Assembly: GCA_049841135.1 (NCBI GenBank) | Contig: JASGHK010000008.1 | Location: forward strand, 147,272 to 211,271 | Direction of reading: 5' to 3' | Length of the DNA: 64,000 bases | Origin: Myxococcales bacterium | GTDB taxonomy: Bacteria; Myxococcota; Myxococcia; Myxococcales; UBA5297 | Part shown: in pieces, positions 61,265 through 64,000 of the stretch | Layout: every line of letters starts with the position of its first letter | Position numbering within the stretch: the first letter of the stretch is position 1 | The notes under the pieces: generated by a model | What the model was told of the DNA's origin: nothing | The model's database searches: none | What the model saw: the letters and a program-made list of their open reading frames with translations, nothing else | Translations under genes and position numbers: made by a program

Positions 61265-62137
61265 GTGCCCAGGTTGTCGTCTCTCGTCGCGGTGGTGTTG
61301 GCCGTCCTCGCAGCGTTCCCGGCTCACGGCGCCACGCCCGCAAGCAAGAAGAAGGTGGCGGTCCTGGAGGTGCAGACGCTCGGCACCTTCGACCCCAAGG
61401 CCGTCCAGGGCCTGTCGATGGTGGTGGTCTCCGAGGCGGAGAAGGCGCCGTTGAAGGTCGTCGCCGGCACCGACCTGAGCGCGCTCATCGGCTTCGAGCG
61501 GCAGAAGCAGATGCTGGGCTGCACCGAGAGCTCCTGCCTGAGCGAAGTCGGCGGCGCGCTCGGGGTCGAGTACCTCCTCTCCACGCAGGTGTCGGAGGTC
61601 GGCGGGGTCTGGCTGCTGACGACCACGCTCCTCGACGTGCTCAGGTCGGTCTCGCTCAAGCGCGTGAGCCTCAAGACCGAGCAGGTGCGCTCCCTCGTCG
61701 ATCTCGCCCAGCAGGCGACCCGGGAGGCCCTCGCCGCCCTCCCCGGCAGCAACCCCGCGCCCGCGGCGCCCCCCGCAATCTCCGTCTCGAACCCGGCCTC
61801 GCCCTCTTCCATGTCGGGCACCCGTGTCGCCGGCATCGCGCTGGCCGTCGCCGGAGGGGCCGCGCTCGCCGGAGGCGGCGTCTGCGGAGTGCTGGCCCTG
61901 GGCCAGTTCGACGAGGCCAAGCGCGCCGCCACCGACCAGTCCTTCCAGGACGCCAAGCGATCGGGAGGTACCGTGGCGCTGGCGGCGGACGTGCTCTACG
62001 GGGTGGGCGCCGCCGCCGCCGTCACCGGGATCATCCTCGCGGTCCTCGGCGGGACCAGCCACGCCACCCCTGCCGTCACCTTCGCGCCCTCGGCGGCGCC
62101 GGGTGGAGCGGGGCTGGTGGCTTCGGGAAGCTTCTAG
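61265..62137 (+). CDS. Secreted protein with an alpha/beta N-domain and a Gly/Ala-rich hydrophobic C-terminus
   Basis: AAGGAG RBS and GTG start. Signal peptide …AVLAAFPAHGA. Pattern KKVAVLEV…GADYLL-like. Confidence 0.45.
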   Translation: MPRLSSLVAVVLAVLAAFPAHGATPASKKKVAVLEVQTLGTFDPKAVQGLSMVVVSEAEKAPLKVVAGTDLSALIGFERQKQMLGCTESSCLSEVGGALGVEYLLSTQVSEVGGVWLLTTTLLDVLRSVSLKRVSLKTEQVRSLVDLAQQATREALAALPGSNPAPAAPPAISVSNPASPSSMSGTRVAGIALAVAGGAALAGGGVCGVLALGQFDEAKRAATDQSFQDAKRSGGTVALAADVLYGVGAAAAVTGIILAVLGGTSHATPAVTFAPSAAPGGAGLVASGSF

Positions 62138-62211
62138 CAAGAGCAGCGGGCAGGACTCGTGCGTCGGCGGCCCAGGGCCCTGCGCGTGCGAGCGCATCCA
62201 GGAGAGCAACC

Positions 62212-64000
62212 ATGAGAAGGCTCGTCGTCGGTCTCGCCCCGCTCCTCGCCGCCGTCGGACTCGCCGGCTGCGAGCTCATCACCGACTTCGCCCATCTCTC
62301 CGGACCGGACGCGAGCAGCCCCGGCGGAGACGACGCGGGGATCCGTCACGACGCGTCCGAGGACGACGCCGGGAGCGACGCGGGAGGATTCGGCTGCGGC
62401 AGACACGGGCGCCAGCAGCCCCGACGCCACAGCGAGCCCCTCCGACGCCGGCCAACCCGACGGCTGCACGCCTTTGACGCCTTCCGAGTTCTGCGAGTCC
62501 CAGGGCGCGGTCTGCGGGCAGGTCTCCGGCACCGACGGGTGCGGGCAGCGGCACAGCAACGAGTCCTGCGGCAGCTGCGCTGCGCCCCAGGTCTGCGTCG
62601 ATGGCTCGTGCAAGGGCTGCCTGGCGTCGGGCACCGACTGCTCCCAGAGCAGCGAGTGCTGCGACGGCCTGGGCTGCAAGGAGGCGAAGTGCGCCGCGGG
62701 CTGTGGCGGCGACGGCGCGACCTGTTCCTCCCAGGCCGACTGCTGCTCCTCGGCGCCGTATTGCGTCGGCGGCGCCTGCCGGGCGAGCTGCCCCGGGTTC
62801 GGCGATGCCTGCTCGAAGACCACGGACTGCTGCCCCGGCGGCGAGTGCACCAACGGGCACTGCTGCGCGGGCGGCCAGACCTTCTGCGGCTCGGCCTGCG
62901 TCGACGTCTCGAGCAACCACGACCACTGCGGCACGTGCGGCCACGCCTGCGGCACCTCGCAGACGTGCGCCTCGAGCTTCCTGTGCCTGTCCCGCGGGCG
63001 CCCGGGCGCAGGGAACGAATTGCGCCGAAGCCGACTGCCAGGACACCAAGGACAACGACGGCGATGGCGGCGCCGACTGCGCCGATCCCGACTGCCAGGA
63101 TCAAGTCTGCGGTGCCGCCGCGCGCTGCCTCGCCGACGGGTCCTGCGGCTGCCGGGACGCGGCCTGCGGCAGGGACGCCGACTGCTGCTCTGCGAGCCCC
63201 TACTGCGCCCTGGGGGCGTGCGCGGCGTGCGTGCCCAAGGGTGCCGCCTGCACGTCCACCAGCCAGTGCTGCAACTCGATGACCTGCGCCTCCGGAGCGT
63301 GCTGCCCTGGCACCAACTCACCTTGCGGCTCCTCGAACGACTGCTGCCCGGGCGCATTCTGCGTGAACCACCAATGCAGCCAGACCTGTGGCAACTCCGG
63401 GGCCTACTGCAACGACAGCTCCGACTGCTGCGACGGCCTGGGCTGCGACCCCACGTCCCTGCAGTGCGAGGCCACCTGCGTCAGCGAGACCTACCCCTGT
63501 GCGGCGACCGCCCCCTGCTGCGCGGGCCTCTACTGCGTCGGCACCGAGTGCTCGGCCACCTGCGGAGGCAAGGGCCAGTCCTGCGTCGGCCCCGGCGACT
63601 GCTGCAGCGGCTCCTGCGTGGGCGGCCTCTGCGTGTGCGCGACCGCCGGCCTCGGCTGCATCGCCGACGGCGACTGCTGCGCCCCCACCAACGAGTGCAA
63701 GAGCGCCTTCTGCGGCAGCGGCACCTGCGGCGAGGTGGACCGCGCCGCGACGGCCACCTGCGCCGGCGGACAAGGGACGTGCCAGGCGGGCCTGTGCAGC
63801 TTCCAGCTCTCGGTCAGCATCAGCGGGTCGCAGGTCCAGGTGACGGACCTGGACACGCACACGCTGCTCGCCACCTGCCCCAGCGCGTCGTGCGCGAACC
63901 TGCTCGTCCCCCGGGGACACCGGGTCATGGTGGTGAACACCCGCGCGGACACTGCGCTCGCCTCGGCGACCGTGAACGGAGCTGCGACCGCCTGCACCTC
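62212..64000 (+). CDS. Lipoprotein made of Myxococcus-type cysteine-rich repeats (…DCCxGxxC…). Continues past the right edge. Apparent frameshifts at ~62390 and ~62980.
   Basis: Lipoprotein signal MRRLVVGLAPLLAAVGLAGC. Repeated modules CSSQADCCSSAPYCVGGAC / CSKTTDCCPGGEC / CNDSSDCCDGLGC recovered across three frames. Confidence 0.55.

Overview
High-GC (~70%) chromosomal window that looks myxobacterial: it contains an mglB-mglA pair, a Myxococcus-type cysteine-rich repeat protein, and AgmX/PglI-type and TPR-rich envelope genes.

Main contents, left to right:
- 1..~13540: a horizontally acquired integrative element. It encodes a TOPRIM primase-family gene, an XRE regulator, an RHH protein, a small serine recombinase, an Abi_2 abortive-infection gene, two AlpA/Xis-like excisionases, and a cargo of secreted, collagen-like and repeat proteins. 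It also carries an AT-rich promoter island driving a three-gene operon that ends in a catalytically dead RNase HII homologue. The element abuts a 5'-truncated comM (Mg-chelatase-like competence ATPase), which is a classic integration target.
- Core genes downstream: recA (with a +1 frameshift), a SEC-C protein, a short OPX plus beta-barrel polysaccharide exporter pair, a giant FG-GAP/Ig adhesin, and a cNMP-binding protein.
- 26.7-36.4 kb: a Glt/Nfs-like cluster (FHA-TM-TonB_C PglI-like gene, small secreted protein, three large TPR/coiled-coil periplasmic proteins) lying directly next to mglBA.
- Remainder: nth, def, a ~1990-aa receiver/coiled-coil/DnaJ protein with 78-bp tandem repeats, a TPR lipoprotein, yjbQ, two ArsA-family ATPases, a CBS protein, a Ser/Thr kinase fused to a MshEN-like (T2SSE_N) domain, a multi-CarboxypepD_reg membrane protein, a TGS-uridine-kinase-like protein, an ABM monooxygenase, an Fe-ADH, a HAMP-only sensor, and a cysteine-rich repeat lipoprotein.

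Caveat on quality: at least 15 genes are broken by single-nucleotide indels. Four of these indels lie exactly at the 9-mer GAGCTTCCT, which points to systematic sequence error rather than biology. No rRNA, tRNA or CRISPR was detected.
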